DNA of 64,000 bases from Hormiphora californensis. Lineage: Eukaryota; Animalia; Ctenophora. Where the stretch lies: the NCBI GenBank assembly GCA_020137815.1, contig CM035359.1:5456001-5520000 (forward strand), read 5' to 3'. Shown here piece by piece: positions 31,056-50,578 of the stretch. Position 1 is the first letter of the stretch. Every line of letters starts with the position of its first letter. Made by a program: the position numbers and the translations under genes. Below the pieces are notes generated by a model that saw nothing but the letters and a program-made list of their open reading frames with translations, ran no database searches and had not been told where the DNA came from.

Positions 31056-34000
31056 TCAAGAGCTGTATTCGTCGACAATGTGGGCAACAGAGGCGTAGGT
31101 ACAAACTACCCCGGCACCCAATCCAAACAGGATGGAGAGAGAGTCAAATGTGATCTGAAAATATAATGGGGGTGTTAGGAACAGGATAATTTAGCAGTAC
31201 CTACTAAAAGTCTATTAAGAATCAGCCGATGATTCAGGAACAGCACGGTGTACTGCACTCAGACCCCGTATATTGATTCTCAGTGCACTCGGGTCGACGC
31301 CGCCAGACAGGGGAGATCGAGGTTCCGGTAAATCAACGTATTTGACTTTAAAACACGTACCTTTAAGTTCCACCACTTGTCCTTCTTGGCAAGTTTAAAG
31401 TGGAAGATACTGGGAAGTATGAACACTGCCGCGTTGATGGTAGTTCCCCCGATAAGGGACATTATCAAATCAAACCTGGGTCACACGTGTGCAGGTTAGT
31501 ATTATAGCACTACAGCATTTATTTGGTAACGAAATTACCCATAATCTTGCGGCCACGCTAAAACGCGCCTTACTACCGCGATGCTCTACGAGGGGTAATT
31601 TCGTTACCAAAGCATTTGTATCCTCTCTATCTTGTTGAGTAAGGGATACAAATGGAGGTCTCTCAGGGGTTTCTTACCGGCCTTACTCAACAACCCCCCT
31701 TCCTGTTACAGAACTTCAAACACAGTTTAGAATGAGAAAGTGGGACGTGATCCGATCTGGTAAATTGATCTCATCTCTTTACCTAGGAATTGCCTCACAG
31801 ATTGCCACAGAGAGAATAACAAAGCAGAGTCGTACTGTGAGCCTTTTCCAGTGAAGTAAACCTGAAATAGAAAGTGGGTGAAACTGAGAGATAATAGCTG
31901 GAGTTACCAAAATACAAATCTGGATTGCCTGTTATCTGCCGCCTGCCTGCTAGACCACCAAATAATTGCTATACAGTCCGACCCCGATTTAGGGACACCC
32001 TCGGGGGAAAGGCTCTTGTCCACTAAATCGGGGTGTCCACTAAATCGGGGTCAAATAAGGTTAATTTCCTATATCGGGGAAAAAAATTCTGTCCCTAAAT
32101 CGGGGTGCCACTAAATCGGGGGCCCCTAAATCGGGGTCCGACTGTATTTGATTAGGGTTAGACCACTAAAAGAGTTGTCCGATTTGTCAGAAAACAAAAG
32201 AAAAGCAAAAGTGGCAAAAGTTTGTAAAAAATGAAACTTACTGTTGATGGGTGCCCCCACAATTCCCTCCACCATGTCAGCAACGGGGTTACCCAGGATA
32301 GTGGCAGACATAATAGCTTGGATGGCCACCAGTAACAAGATACACACATTCAGAACTGAGGGGGAGAAATGAAGAAATTATTAAATAAAACTTCTAGGAT
32401 TCAGGATCCAAGTTGAGAATCCTAATAGTTTAATCTGATCCTGTCGCCACGGACCCCATCTGAGAATCAAGTCGGTGTCTTGCAACGCCAGACGGATCTA
32501 ATCAGAGTTTTTCTTACTTTTCAAGGAGTTGTCTATGTTGTTCAGAATGTTCGCATCCAGGGCGGACCCAAAGAAGGTGACCCCGACGAGACCGATGGGC
32601 ACGTACAACACTAACTTGATCAGATATGCCAGTAGAACACTGGGAGAAGGGGAAGTTTGGGATCACACTTAAGAGGTTTTGCCTTGGTCGACCCTATCTC
32701 ACCGGGTTAGGACATAACAAAGAGTATTAAGATGAATGAAAAGTCATAAAACTGCTTAGTGCTTAATTACCTTCCGGGGAAGTTTCGAGGGTTCTTCATC
32801 TCCTTTTGAAAGTTAGGAAAGGCAGAGTGACCACCGAACGCAAACAGAAACTTCCCAAAACTAAGAAACCAGGATTTGGCGGTGACTGGATACGGCTGAA
32901 AGTCGGGTGTCTTGCCCGTTTGGACAATGCCCACTATGATAAGGATGGTGAAGAGGACAGAGAGTAAGGTGGCACAGACAGCTACCAGCATGGATTCTCG
33001 CCCAGCTCCTGATAGTGTAGGGGAAGGAAGTTCAGCGAGGGAGGCTTTCAGAAGTTAGGAAATGAGGTCAATGGTGAAGATAATTCTAATAAAGAAGACT
33101 ACAGAACGCCTGAATACAAATTTCTAACTCAGACACATACCGAAGATGAGCACGATGAGAAAGACCAGACCCATGATAACGACGCATGTCCTGTATCCAA
33201 TGACATCAGTATGGAACTCCTGGATCATTGGGAAATTGGTCAGATAACATGGCCCCTGCATGATGATATCATAAAAGCTATATACGTACGGTGGGCAATC
33301 ACAATTACTCTACACCGCTAGATGTGACGACCGGGCGAGACTCAATTACCACTTACCAGATAGATGAACCGGGCGAGACTCTGGGCAGCTATCAGCACAT
33401 ATGCACAGCATCCTCCGATCAGGGTGACTGTCGCACAAACCTATAGGAGAAAGACCGGAGTTATAACTTGGTTTGACATGCTGCACTATCGCTGCCCCTC
33501 GCAGAAGTTACTGCGCTAAATTTGACCAACTAAAACAAATAAAATCGTTCATTACATACTGTATGATACAGTGTATAGACTATCACAGCTGTTAGTTAAT
33601 ACCTGGACGGCGATCTCTCCCTTCCTTCCGTAGGAAGTGTAACCGATACTCGGGTAGGGGTTAGAACAGTGTGGGTACCTGAGGGTAGTAGATTTTCTAT
33701 AAAATAGAAAAACCCTTATTAGCTTAAAGAAGTAGGTTAAGTCACATAGCATTATACATGTATGCAGCCCATTTGATTGCGGTTTAACCCAATATGCTGT
33801 TATACTCAGAACCAGATAAGCCGTGACGTGTGCTGTCAGGCATCGCGATTCGCGGTACGTGTTCCATAGAATACTTGCAAGCACACGCACAAATTGTACG
33901 TGACTATTTGAACTGAACTTATTCGGAGGGTCTCTCTGACAGAGTGACTACAACCTAAACCTAGCAAACGAGACTTCTTCGAGTGAAAATGGTAACTGGT

Positions 34001-34679
34001 CTGTCCGTCACTGCATGGCCGTGCACTAATAAGATTAGTTCGTAACCCTACCAAACAGCTAAACTATATATAATCCCCTACTAATTCAAACTTCTTCAAC
34101 AACTTACTGATCCCGGACATGCATCCAGTTCCTACTTAGTGTCAGTCCGGTGTAGCTAGCCACAACCACACACAGCAACATCATTCCGAACCCGCTGTAA
34201 CCACTGTGAGCCAGGGCACATGGAACACCTGAACAATGCGGTGTTGTGATAAGAATGCATTATTATAGGGAGATTGATTCAGTGCTGCAATCTCCCCATG
34301 GGACTCCCCCGCATCTCCAAAAATGTTTATACGAGTTTGGTAGGGTTCACCATGGCAACCGCTCTTAAACCGCTCTTGGCAATTTTACCTAGGATTCCAG
34401 ATCCAGTCATTTCACCAACAATAAAGAGTGCCGCTCCAACCATGCCCAGGCTTCCAGTGTCAACTTTCCAGTTTTCACTACCTGAATATTGAATACGGAT
34501 GTGAAAGAATTAAAAAGCCTTAATCAAATCTACTACAAACATGGTCTACTACGCGAGGCACGTGAAGTCGCGAAACAAAGTCTAGCTAGGCAAACGAACA
34601 TAAGGTTTAAAGGTTATTGATCTCCCGCGGGAGTCCACCCCTTACCTATCAGTGGAATTGATTCATAGCTCCCCTCCAT
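31056..34679 (-). CDS. Aa_trans family amino-acid transporter (SLC32/36/38, AVT1-like); 12 exons: 34679-34646, 34481-34389, 34228-34108, 33678-33603, 33440-33357, 33255-33141, 33008-32771, 32639-32518, 32355-32242, 31861-31783, 31475-31361, 31154-31056
   Basis: FIVGEMTGSGILGVP, YPSIGYTSYG, FAFGGHSAFPNFQKEMKNP, IPRFDLIMSLIGG, FILPSIF; phases are consistent. Confidence 0.9.
31523..31610. mobile_element. 88-bp MITE, TTGGT...ACCAA termini, 9-bp TSD (8/9 match)
   Basis: ttggtaacgaaattaccc / gggtaatttcgttaccaa; flanks agcatttat and agcatttgt; related hairpin at about 48467-48514. Confidence 0.75.
31974..32144. mobile_element. pogo/Tc1-type MITE copy
   Basis: ta|cagtccgaccccgattt ... aaatcggggtccgactg|ta. 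Confidence 0.9.
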
Positions 34680-36107
34680 ATCGGGATCGTGGTGTTCCTC
34701 ACATTGACTTAGTCTCGTCCTCAAGGGGGATTCCAGTTCCTGTGGAATCGATCAACGATAAGTTTTATGAAGGAGCAGCAGACAGATTTGTTTTTATAAA
34801 GGAGCAAATGTATATTTTGAGAACAGGAAATGTACTTTTGCTTGAAGATCCTTAAAGGAAAACATTATGGTTCGGCCAAGGACAGAGTATGCAATTTTCT
34901 AAACAAAAAAGAGGAACAAAATAAAGAACTGTACTGCGTATTCTAGGGCCTTGATTGCTTATCGCAGTTCTGAAAACTCTTGACGTTTTATCAGGCATGC
35001 ATCATATGATATTTAAAGAAATGCAGTATAACACTTCACTGGCAATATACTTCATATGATGGTATGACCTGATAAGCGAATCAGGCTATACTCACGATCC
35101 AGTTTGCAAAAGCAAACCAAAAAGGGAAAACATACTGTGTTATTGATCCTGGAGCCAATATATGGTACAGCTACAGGCTGTCGCTACAATTCGTCCTCGC
35201 CATCCGCGTGTCAGGCACTAGCTGTTCTCTGCATAAGACCTGCGGCTGCATAGCAAATACGAACTACACTGTGAAGGATGCAGGTGTGCAATTCTCCTTC
35301 CTAGATCGAAGCAGGGCGGGAGAGAAGCTGCTCATGTAGCAATATGTGCTGCACGCATATGATGCTTCATGAAGGAGCCGTGTAGGATAACTCCATTGCA
35401 AGGAACATGCGGGTAGTGCAGGTGGCATCACATGACCACATGCCATGTAAATTGTAAAATAACTAGAAAAACACGTACTGCCGGACACACACACGCCACA
35501 CGCACAAACACGTACTGCTGGAATGTCAATCATGTGAGCTGTTACTCCTTCGGGCTTGCGAAGCTCAAATATACCGATATGTGACTAGGATATGAATTAT
35601 GAACCAGCGCTGGGCCAAGAAGGTACTGGGAATCAGTAAGATGGCTTTGGGAGTTTAGTTGTTGCACAAAGAGCGCTAACATATAATATGTCTTCAGTGA
35701 CACTTAAGACACCAAGAGGTTGCATAAAAAGAAAACATCTCATATACCACGTCAAGACAGTATATGATGAGAGCCGGCATAGAATCTGACATGTCAACTA
35801 GGGGCCCTTCTAAATGAGCCGAGCACTTACCATGTTGTGCATTATTGGTTGAATATCGGTGTTGTAATTGGGTTGTTATGAAGGTAGAAAATTCCGCGTT
35901 GAAGATTTCAGAGCACGTTGCACACGGAATATTATCAATGCAGATCTGTTATCCGTGATCAAGAAGAAAAGGGTTTCTTTCTCGACTCGCAAGCGCTGAA
36001 TTGTCTCAGAGAGGTACTGAAGTGGAAGTGAGGTCAACTGGAGAGAAGTCTTGGTTTACCTGCTTGCACCTGCTTGCAATGTATCACGAGACTATTGATA
36101 AGAGAGA

Positions 36108-36159
<52 letters not shown>

Positions 36160-36803
36160 GAGACAGAGAGAGACAGAGAGAGAGACAGAGAGAGAGATAA
36201 CACGTAATTCCATTTAACCCAATCACGCCAGTTTTCACGTCACACAGGGCCAGTGTAGAACCATCGTGTGAGGTGCTTTTTAAAAGATATTGCACATGTG
36301 AAGTTGGGGTCTTCCGGGTTCCCAGTATCTGCAGATTATGAAACTGAAAACAACTTCTTTCTTGGAAGCTTATCGCAATACTGTATCAAAAGCACATACA
36401 CTTCTATCGACTCCCTGCAGCTCTTAAATCGGAAGTGGTAGTGGCGCTGTATAAACTCCCAGCCGGGTCAGGGTGGTTGTGAGGTGGTGAGGAATCATAG
36501 CACTGGAAAGTGCCCTGGGCCCAATCGGTAAATAAGAATGAAGATGCCAGCTTTGATCTCTCCTCGAATAGAATACAAGGAATGGCCATAATTGGGCCAC
36601 GTCGTGAACCTTTCGAAGAAAGTGAAGCCGACTCTGTCTGGCATAGTCAGACCCTGTTTTGATTCTCGACCAGATCGGGTCAGCGTCGCCAGACAGAGTG
36701 ACTTCTGCCGCTTGTTGTCATGGTTTTTAACTCTACTAGGCATGATCTATGGGTATGAGAAGAATAAGAAGAGTTCAACTTCAACTATTCCAGTTTAATC
36801 AAA

Positions 36804-36846
<43 letters not shown>

Positions 36847-36854
36847 CTCTCTCG

Positions 36855-36888
<34 letters not shown>

Positions 36889-36910
36889 CGTCTCTCTCAA
36901 TCTCTCTCTC

Positions 36911-36947
<37 letters not shown>

Positions 36948-37096
36948 CTCGCTCTCTCTCTCTCTCTCTCCTCTCTCGTCTCCTCTGCTCTCTCTCTCTC
37001 TCGTTCTCGTCTCTCTCTCTTCTCTCTCTCTCTCTTCTCTCTCTCAGAGATATCTCTCTTCTTGCGTCCTCTCATCTTCTGTCCTCTCTCCTCGTC

Positions 37097-37147
<51 letters not shown>

Positions 37148-37276
37148 CCTCGAAAGTTATACTGATCTCTCGAAACTGATCTGTATATCGATGTGTGTAT
37201 ACTGTATTAGTTTGGCCGACCATCGTTGTGAGTCATGGCGGTCAGTTGTCATGTTGCTAAGTGATCACGTCTTTGG

Positions 37277-37352
37277 TTGTTGAGTAAGGGGGGAAGGGTG
37301 TGAGTGGCACTATTCGCTCAACCCTCTCACACTCTTCCCCCTTACTCAACAA
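37277..37352. repeat. small TIR element TTGTTGAGTAAGG...CCTTACTCAACAA; second copy at about 31632-31693
   Basis: The same 13-bp inverted ends occur at two loci. Confidence 0.7.
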
Positions 37353-37676
37353 GTCTTTTATTTGGTGTTTCTTGATGTGAGCTTCTCATTTTAAACTTTG
37401 AAATATCAGAAGTTCTGGCCAGTTAATCTGTAAAATTCAGGGAACTTGGTCTGCAGCATTTGTTGAGAATTTCGATCTAATTTTCTCCCATTCTCTCATC
37501 GCCATGGTCTCAGTAAAACTACTTTACTCTGATGAGAGAGATGTTGTTACAAATCCACTTTTCGAGTAAACCAGTTCCCTGAGGTCATGTCTCTCTCTTG
37601 GGCAGCAGGCTGAGCTATGGGGTAGATAGCACAGTCCATTTTCCCAGGGGGCATTACATCTCTCATTATCCTATAG

Positions 37677-37713
<37 letters not shown>

Positions 37714-38948
37714 TTCTCTATCTCTCTATCCTTTTCTCTCTATCTTTCCACCGGCCACCCCTGGCTCCATCTATCTCTCCTACCCCTGTATACCCGGCAC
37801 TAGATGTGTTATGCGTATCATATTTTAGGTTGTGTGTTTTCCAGTTTCCTTAGCCTACAATCTACATACACACGTAGAAACTCCTTCATAAATCCAGTTT
37901 TCATTTTAGTGTTTCCCAGACAACTGCTCCTTCATAAACACGAATATGTATATCGAAAAGTATAGTTCTGTACTGAAACACTGTCGACTTGCAATGAGAG
38001 CGTGTATAACGCATTTGGATAAACCACCTTCTTTTGAACGCTTTATCAACCCATCACGACGCAGGGGGTCGAGATTCAGATTGAGTGAGAGAGTGAGAAA
38101 GGGATAGAGAAACATCATTTCTACTAGGCCATCATATAAAACATCACTCATTTTTGCATTTATGCATTTATGAAAGCTTGCCAAGATGTATTTTTATTCC
38201 CCCTCTCCTCTAGAGCTCTAATTGGTTCCTAGCACCAGTACACACTTGTCTAATGTCTCAGCATTTGGTTTCTAGTTTCAATTGGCTCCTTAGTATATGG
38301 CACCTCTCTTGGTGTGTCTCAGTGTCGGTGTTCCTCTACACTGTGTGTGCTACTATACATCTGCTTCCCTTGTGGAGAGGTGGGCAACTATCATGTCCTG
38401 TTCCGGACGAGTCTCACTACACCATTCATTGATATTTTTCATGTTTTGACACAATCTCTCTCAATAGAAACCGTAAAAAGCAGGAACAAAACAAGGTGTT
38501 TCGCATGGCAAGATCAGCCCCTCCCCCGCTGTGTAAGGTCCAGCTATTGACACCTGTGTGTGACAACTACAGTATATCGGAGCTAAAGAGACAATCCAAC
38601 AAACGAAGGTAAACAGATATGATCTAATGGTTTAAAAAGTAAATCATTTTGTATTTTCAGTTAATCCATGACCCTAAAACTCACAGCCACATCTCTTCTT
38701 TCCTTGTTCGGCCCCGTCTCACAGCGCCCCGCACGGTGAAACAGGGCCTCTTTTACAAATGTAAAGGTTGGCTCCATTGCAACCTATTCTATGTGAGATC
38801 GATCTCGGTCGCTGCGCGACCTCGATCTCACTCAGGCATCAATGTGGCCAAATGTAAAGGAGGGTTAGGACATGATTGCCACATCTCTCTACAGCTACCC
38901 CCCAACACCCTATATAACTCACATCCCATATCTTCCTTCAGGAGCACG

Positions 38949-45456
<6,508 letters not shown>

Positions 45457-47811
45457 GACTGTTTCTTTGGCGTGTTATTTCATTTTAGTTTTATTTTAAA
45501 TTGTGAAACAAGTTTTTTATTCGTCTGGATCATTCCTCGGGATTTTCGGGACATGCACACTTTTAGTTGTCGAAACCTGTCTGGTACCGCCAGACCTTGG
45601 GCACGTCGCGCCCCTCATGTTCGCAACGGCGTAACGCCAGACCCTGTTTTAAAAGAGCGCTCAGTGCTCACTCTCACTTTTAAAGCCAGGTCGGGCGGGC
45701 CGGGGTAGGTCAAACTGAACGTTTCTGGCAGCGCTTTGGGGGGAATGGCAACCTTTGCGCTTGCCAGCGCAAAGATTTAGAATTTTGCACGCGCAAATAC
45801 AAACCGCGCACTTTTTGAAAGATTTTGCGCGCGATGAAGAATGAATTTGAAACTCAAAAAGTTAAATTGTGTCTTCAAAAATTTTCAAAAATTTGTCGTT
45901 TTTCTAAATTGAAAAGCGCTGCCTTATCCCGCGCTGCGCGTGGCGCAGAACAGGGATAAGGAGGGAACACCGCGCATGTACAGGATCCTGTCCCAAGTCA
46001 TTTTGACCATGTTCCGGAGGTCCTACAATCACCAAATTTTGGGAATTGGTAGCATTTGACATGAATTTGATGACTCTCTTTTCAATTTTGGAAATCGATC
46101 ACTTTTGCACGCGCAAATGTAGAGCCGCGCACACTATTTAATATTGCTAACGCGCATGTGTTAAAGTGAGCCGCGCACCAATTTTAAATGATTCTGGATA
46201 AAATATCATTCGATTTCCACTGGTTCGACCCAAATCCAATATGGCCGACTCTCAGTTATCGAAAACCCAAAGAAAATTGTTATGAGTTGATTTGAATAGA
46301 GTACTTACTTCCTTCCGTGTTATGTACTTCATGAGGGCAAATATAAATTGCCTTACCTAATAAGGATATGCTCCAATCCGTTAATATTTAGCTTAATCAA
46401 GTTCTACGGTGAGTTTTAGGACAGATGCACCAACCGGGAGGTCATGCTACGCCAAGAACGTGTGTCAGAGTTGTCACTGAGTCACTTTTCCGGCAGTATA
46501 TTTCGTCTCTTGCGGTGGGACGTCTTTGGAAGATGTCCCCAGAGGTGCAACTGCAAGGGATGTCGTGACGGTTCACGGTTCCACTGCTTATACATAAGAA
46601 TGTCCATCTGATGGATCGAAGTGAATTGGATAGTTACAAGTTAAACCGTTCATTGATTAAGATGACCACTGAGATAGACCTCCGGCTATCGCGATGAGTC
46701 CAAAGTCTCTATTGTTTTTAAAAACCCTTCTCCCCCAGGAATCAGATAGAACGGCTGAAAATGTGACACTGTAAATTGATGGTGTATTCATCAATCTAAA
46801 AGGAACTCCCGGTGATGCATCATTGATCATGTAGATACTATTACTGATTACTGAAATAAATGAAGAATAAGCCCTGGGGAAATCTCGGTGAGGGCTCTCT
46901 CTATCTGAACTATCTCCATTCCGTATCAATCTGCCTCTTTTCGCTAAAGTAAGTGAAATTCCAAAACACCCTCCCTCTTGCCATACAACCTCCCGGCTCC
47001 CCACCCTCATAATCTACCCACACAAACAAGGGAAAGAGAGGGACGGTCTTTCCTCCTTCATTATACCCCTCTCTATCTCTACTCCTCTTCAACCTCCCCT
47101 TGATCTTCCCCTTAATATTCCTCTCCTCCATAACTTGTCCGTATCTACTATCCCCATTCATCTTCCTCTCCTTCATCTTCCTCGGAGTCTAAAGTGCGGA
47201 CTCCCCCGAGTAAAGTGTAGTATCAATTTAGTCTCTCTCATTTGTACTAACCCTTCTTTACCTCTCCCAGGATTCCGATAGAACAGCTGAAAGTTTGATA
47301 CTCTGAATTGGTGGTGTATTTATCAATCTAAAAGTAACTTCAAAGTAAGTTGAGAACATCATGTGGACACGATTACTGAAGTGAAGACAAGCCCTTGGGC
47401 ACTCTCGGTGAGGGCTGTTTCTCTATCTGAACCATCTCCGCTCCATATCCATCTGCTTCCTTTCGCAGTAAGTCAGCCTTATTCTAAACAGTTTTCCCCT
47501 TATACCATACAACCCCCCCCCACACCCACATAATCTACCCATACTTTATACCCGCCCCTCCGTCACATCCTTCTACATTCATTTCCCCCTTGGCCTTTAT
47601 TCCTCCCCTCCATCTCCCCCTTTTTCCTTCTCTCCTTCTTCCTCTACTCATTCATTCCCCCTTCATCTCCCTCTCCATCCGTTCCTTCATTCCCCTTTTA
47701 TCCTACCACTTTTGACTTTACCCACCCCCCCCCCTTCGACCTTCGCCCTCCTTCGTCCAGGCTTTCTAGATAGTAGATACCCATTCATTTCCCACTTCGT
47801 CCCCCATCTCC

Positions 47812-48290
47812 TTCATTCCCCCTTTATCCTCTCCTCCATTTCCCCCTTCGTTCCCCTCTCCTACTTCCTCTATTCTCATTCCACCACTTCATCCTTCCCA
47901 TCTATCTCCCCATTCATCTATATCTCCTCCTTCATTCCCCCTTTATCCTCTCCTCCATTTCCCCCTTCGTTCCCCTCTCCTACTTCCTCTATTCTCATTC
48001 CACCACTTCATCCTTCCCATCTATCTCCCCATTCATCTATATCTCCTCCTTCATTCCCCCTTTATCCTCTCCTCCATTTCCCCTTCGTTCCCCTCTCCTA
48101 CTTCCTCTATTCTCATTCCACCACTTCATCCTTCCCATCTATCTCCCCATTCATCTATATCTCCTCCTTCATTCCCCCTTTATCCTCTCCTCCATTTCCC
48201 CCTTCGTTCCCCTCTCCTACTTCCTCTATTCTCATTCCACCACTTCATCCTTCCCATCTATCTCCCCATTCATCTATATCTCCTCCTTCA
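47812..48290. repeat. 119-bp polypyrimidine tandem repeat, 4 copies
   Basis: Units start at 47812, 47931, 48050 and 48168; almost G-free on the + strand. Confidence 0.9.
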
Positions 48291-48966
48291 CCCCCCCCCC
48301 CCTTTATCCTCCCCCGAACTAATCTTTCATTTTCTCCACTCTTTCATTACCAACTCCTTTCATATTACTGAAGCCCTGGGGACCATAGGTGAGGGATTTC
48401 TCTATCTGAAGTTCAGATTATGAACCTTGTGTAGCTCAGACTGGATTTCATTTCATAATCTGCGATGGTTACGAAATAACCCCTTTAAAGTTTAAAGGGG
48501 TCATTTCGTAACCAAACTCACTGTGTGGTGTATGCACTATGATCCACCCCTTCATTTGGCCACATTGATACCTGAGTGAGATCGACGTCGCGCGCGACTG
48601 AGATCGATCTCAGGAGCGAGAATAGGTTGCAATGGAGCCAACCCCTTCATCTAACCCCACCCTCATCTACCTCTCTTTCTTCATTTGTTCCCTTCATTTT
48701 CCTTCGCCATTTCCTCCTTCTATTCATTCCTCCGGTCCTGCTTCATGCCCGTCCTGTACTCATCCATCTCCCCCTCTATCTCAACCTCTGTCTCCCCCTC
48801 CATCTCCCGCTTCATCCCCCCTTTATCGTCCTCTGCCCCTTCATCCCCTTCTCCATCTTTCTCTCTTCTGTCGGTTACAAAGAAGTAAAAGTGGCTACGA
48901 GACATGTTCTTGCGGCGAGTACTAGCAGATAAATTTCCACTGCGAGAGTGCGAGGTCCCTGCTAAG

Positions 48967-49070
48967 TTGGTGGCGCCGTCACCTCTCTAGAGACTTACAA
49001 CTCAGCCCGCTTTGCGGGCTTCGTTTTGGCACGCTACGCAAGCGAGTTGTAAGGGTGACTGCGTCACCAA
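48967..49070. mobile_element. 104-bp MITE, TTGGT...ACCAA termini, 9-bp TSD CCTGCTAAG
   Basis: ttggtggcgccgtcacc / ggtgactgcgtcaccaa; identical 9-mer at 48958-48966 and 49071-49079. Confidence 0.8.
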
Positions 49071-49189
49071 CCTGCTAAGAAGAAGGCGAAGAAGAGGTAG
49101 TGTTGTGTTCGTTTCCTCATTACATCCTTTAAATCTAGTCATAATCTAAGACATCTCCCGAACCTCGTCCTGTCTTATCTCCAAAGTAT

Positions 49190-49685
49190 CAAACCTCACC
49201 CTGTCATCTCTTCCAAACCTCACCCTGTTTTCTCTCCCAAACCTCACCATGTCTTCTCTCCCAAACCTCACCATGTCTTCTCTCAAAAACCTCACCCTGT
49301 CATCTCTTCCAAACCTCACCCTGTCTTCTCTCTCAAACCTCACCATGTCTTCTCTCCCAAACCTCACCCTGCCTTCTCTCCCAAACGTCACCATGTCTTC
49401 TCTCCCAAACGCCACCCTGTCATCTCTCCCAAACGTCACCATGTCTTCTCTCCCAAACGTCACTACGTCTTCTCTCCCAAACCTCACCCTGTCTTCTCTC
49501 CCAAACGTCACTACGTCTTCTCTCCCAAACCTCACCCTGTCTTCTCTCCCAAACCTCACCCTGTCTTCTCTCCCAAACCTCACCCTGTCTTCTCTCCCAA
49601 ACCTCACCCTGTCTTCTCTCCCGAACCCCACCCTGTATTCTCTCCCGAACCCCACCCAGCACCCTGTCTTATCTCCCAAACCTCG
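49190..49685. repeat. 24-bp minisatellite (ccaaacctcaccctgtcttctctc), about 20 copies
   Basis: Seen directly; reads (SSLPNLTL)n on + and (VRFGREDR)n on -. Confidence 0.92.
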
Positions 49686-50578
49686 CCCCATATTCTCTGC
49701 CGAGTGTTCTGTTTGTCACTGTAATCTGGATACCACAGTAGCTAGGGTATTTCGTGATCTCATCTCTCTCCACCTCTCAGGTCCCTGGTCCCAGTTTAAT
49801 GATTGGTTACGATCCGAACCTGGGACAGATTTCAGTTAAATGCCGCATTCGTTTCGGTATACATCGGGTTGTCGTCAAATAAATAGATGAACAATAGTGT
49901 TGATACTGCTGATATGATAGACTATCTTTGGTGATATTTGTGATATCCCGGTGATATTTTATAAATCTCTGTGGGCTAAAGAAAGGAGTAGGGGTTGATT
50001 ATGCCACTTCCCAATTGCTGGCAGTCAGGATAAAATTTGCCTTGTTCGACCCTCCCTCCCCGCGTTTTGAACAAAACAAGATAAAATATTATTTACAAAT
50101 TACATCTCATGTGTTATTTTGTTGCTTTGTTGTATTGACCACTAAAAACAATTTGTATCAATTTATTTCCGGCATGGTGGGGGATTCAAACCGCCCCTCG
50201 TCTTTGATTCAAGGTCAAAGATACAAGGTTTAGGGATCGCTCGCCTAATTGTGTAATTTTCACAAAATGGGACTCTGTCTCAGTTAACGAACATGCTTTG
50301 TGTAGCGCGCGGGATAGGTCTAATGGTGAAATGAATCCTGCGCGCGCCGTCAGTAATGGGCTCTGGAAAGGGGTTTTCGGCAAGGGTGCGCGGGATAGAC
50401 TACTGGCCCCTATCGGGGGCCAGCAACGTTTGCCAATTTTCTAAACATTTTTGGGAAGGTTCTGACTTTTGGTCCCATGTCCAAATCTTTTGGAACAGGT
50501 TGTCACTTGTCAGTTGACGCTTGTTACTTTACTTGGCACTTGCTGTAATTTGAAATCTAAATTTGTTGTTCTACAGGC

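Noticed and set aside
36404-36798. Overlapping short ORFs between the transporter and ankyrin genes
   Set aside because: No recognisable motif and no consistent splice chain
47712-48932. 219-aa and neighbouring Pro/Ser-rich ORFs
   Set aside because: Open only because the pyrimidine-rich repeat lacks stop codons
49146-49691. (VRFGREDR)n minus-strand ORF resembling an RFamide neuropeptide precursor (RF-G-R repeats)
   Set aside because: No signal peptide or clear acceptor, it coincides exactly with a 24-bp minisatellite, and the opposite strand is equally open. Minus-strand RNA reads spliced to a signal-peptide exon, or detection of xVRFamide peptides, would reverse this call
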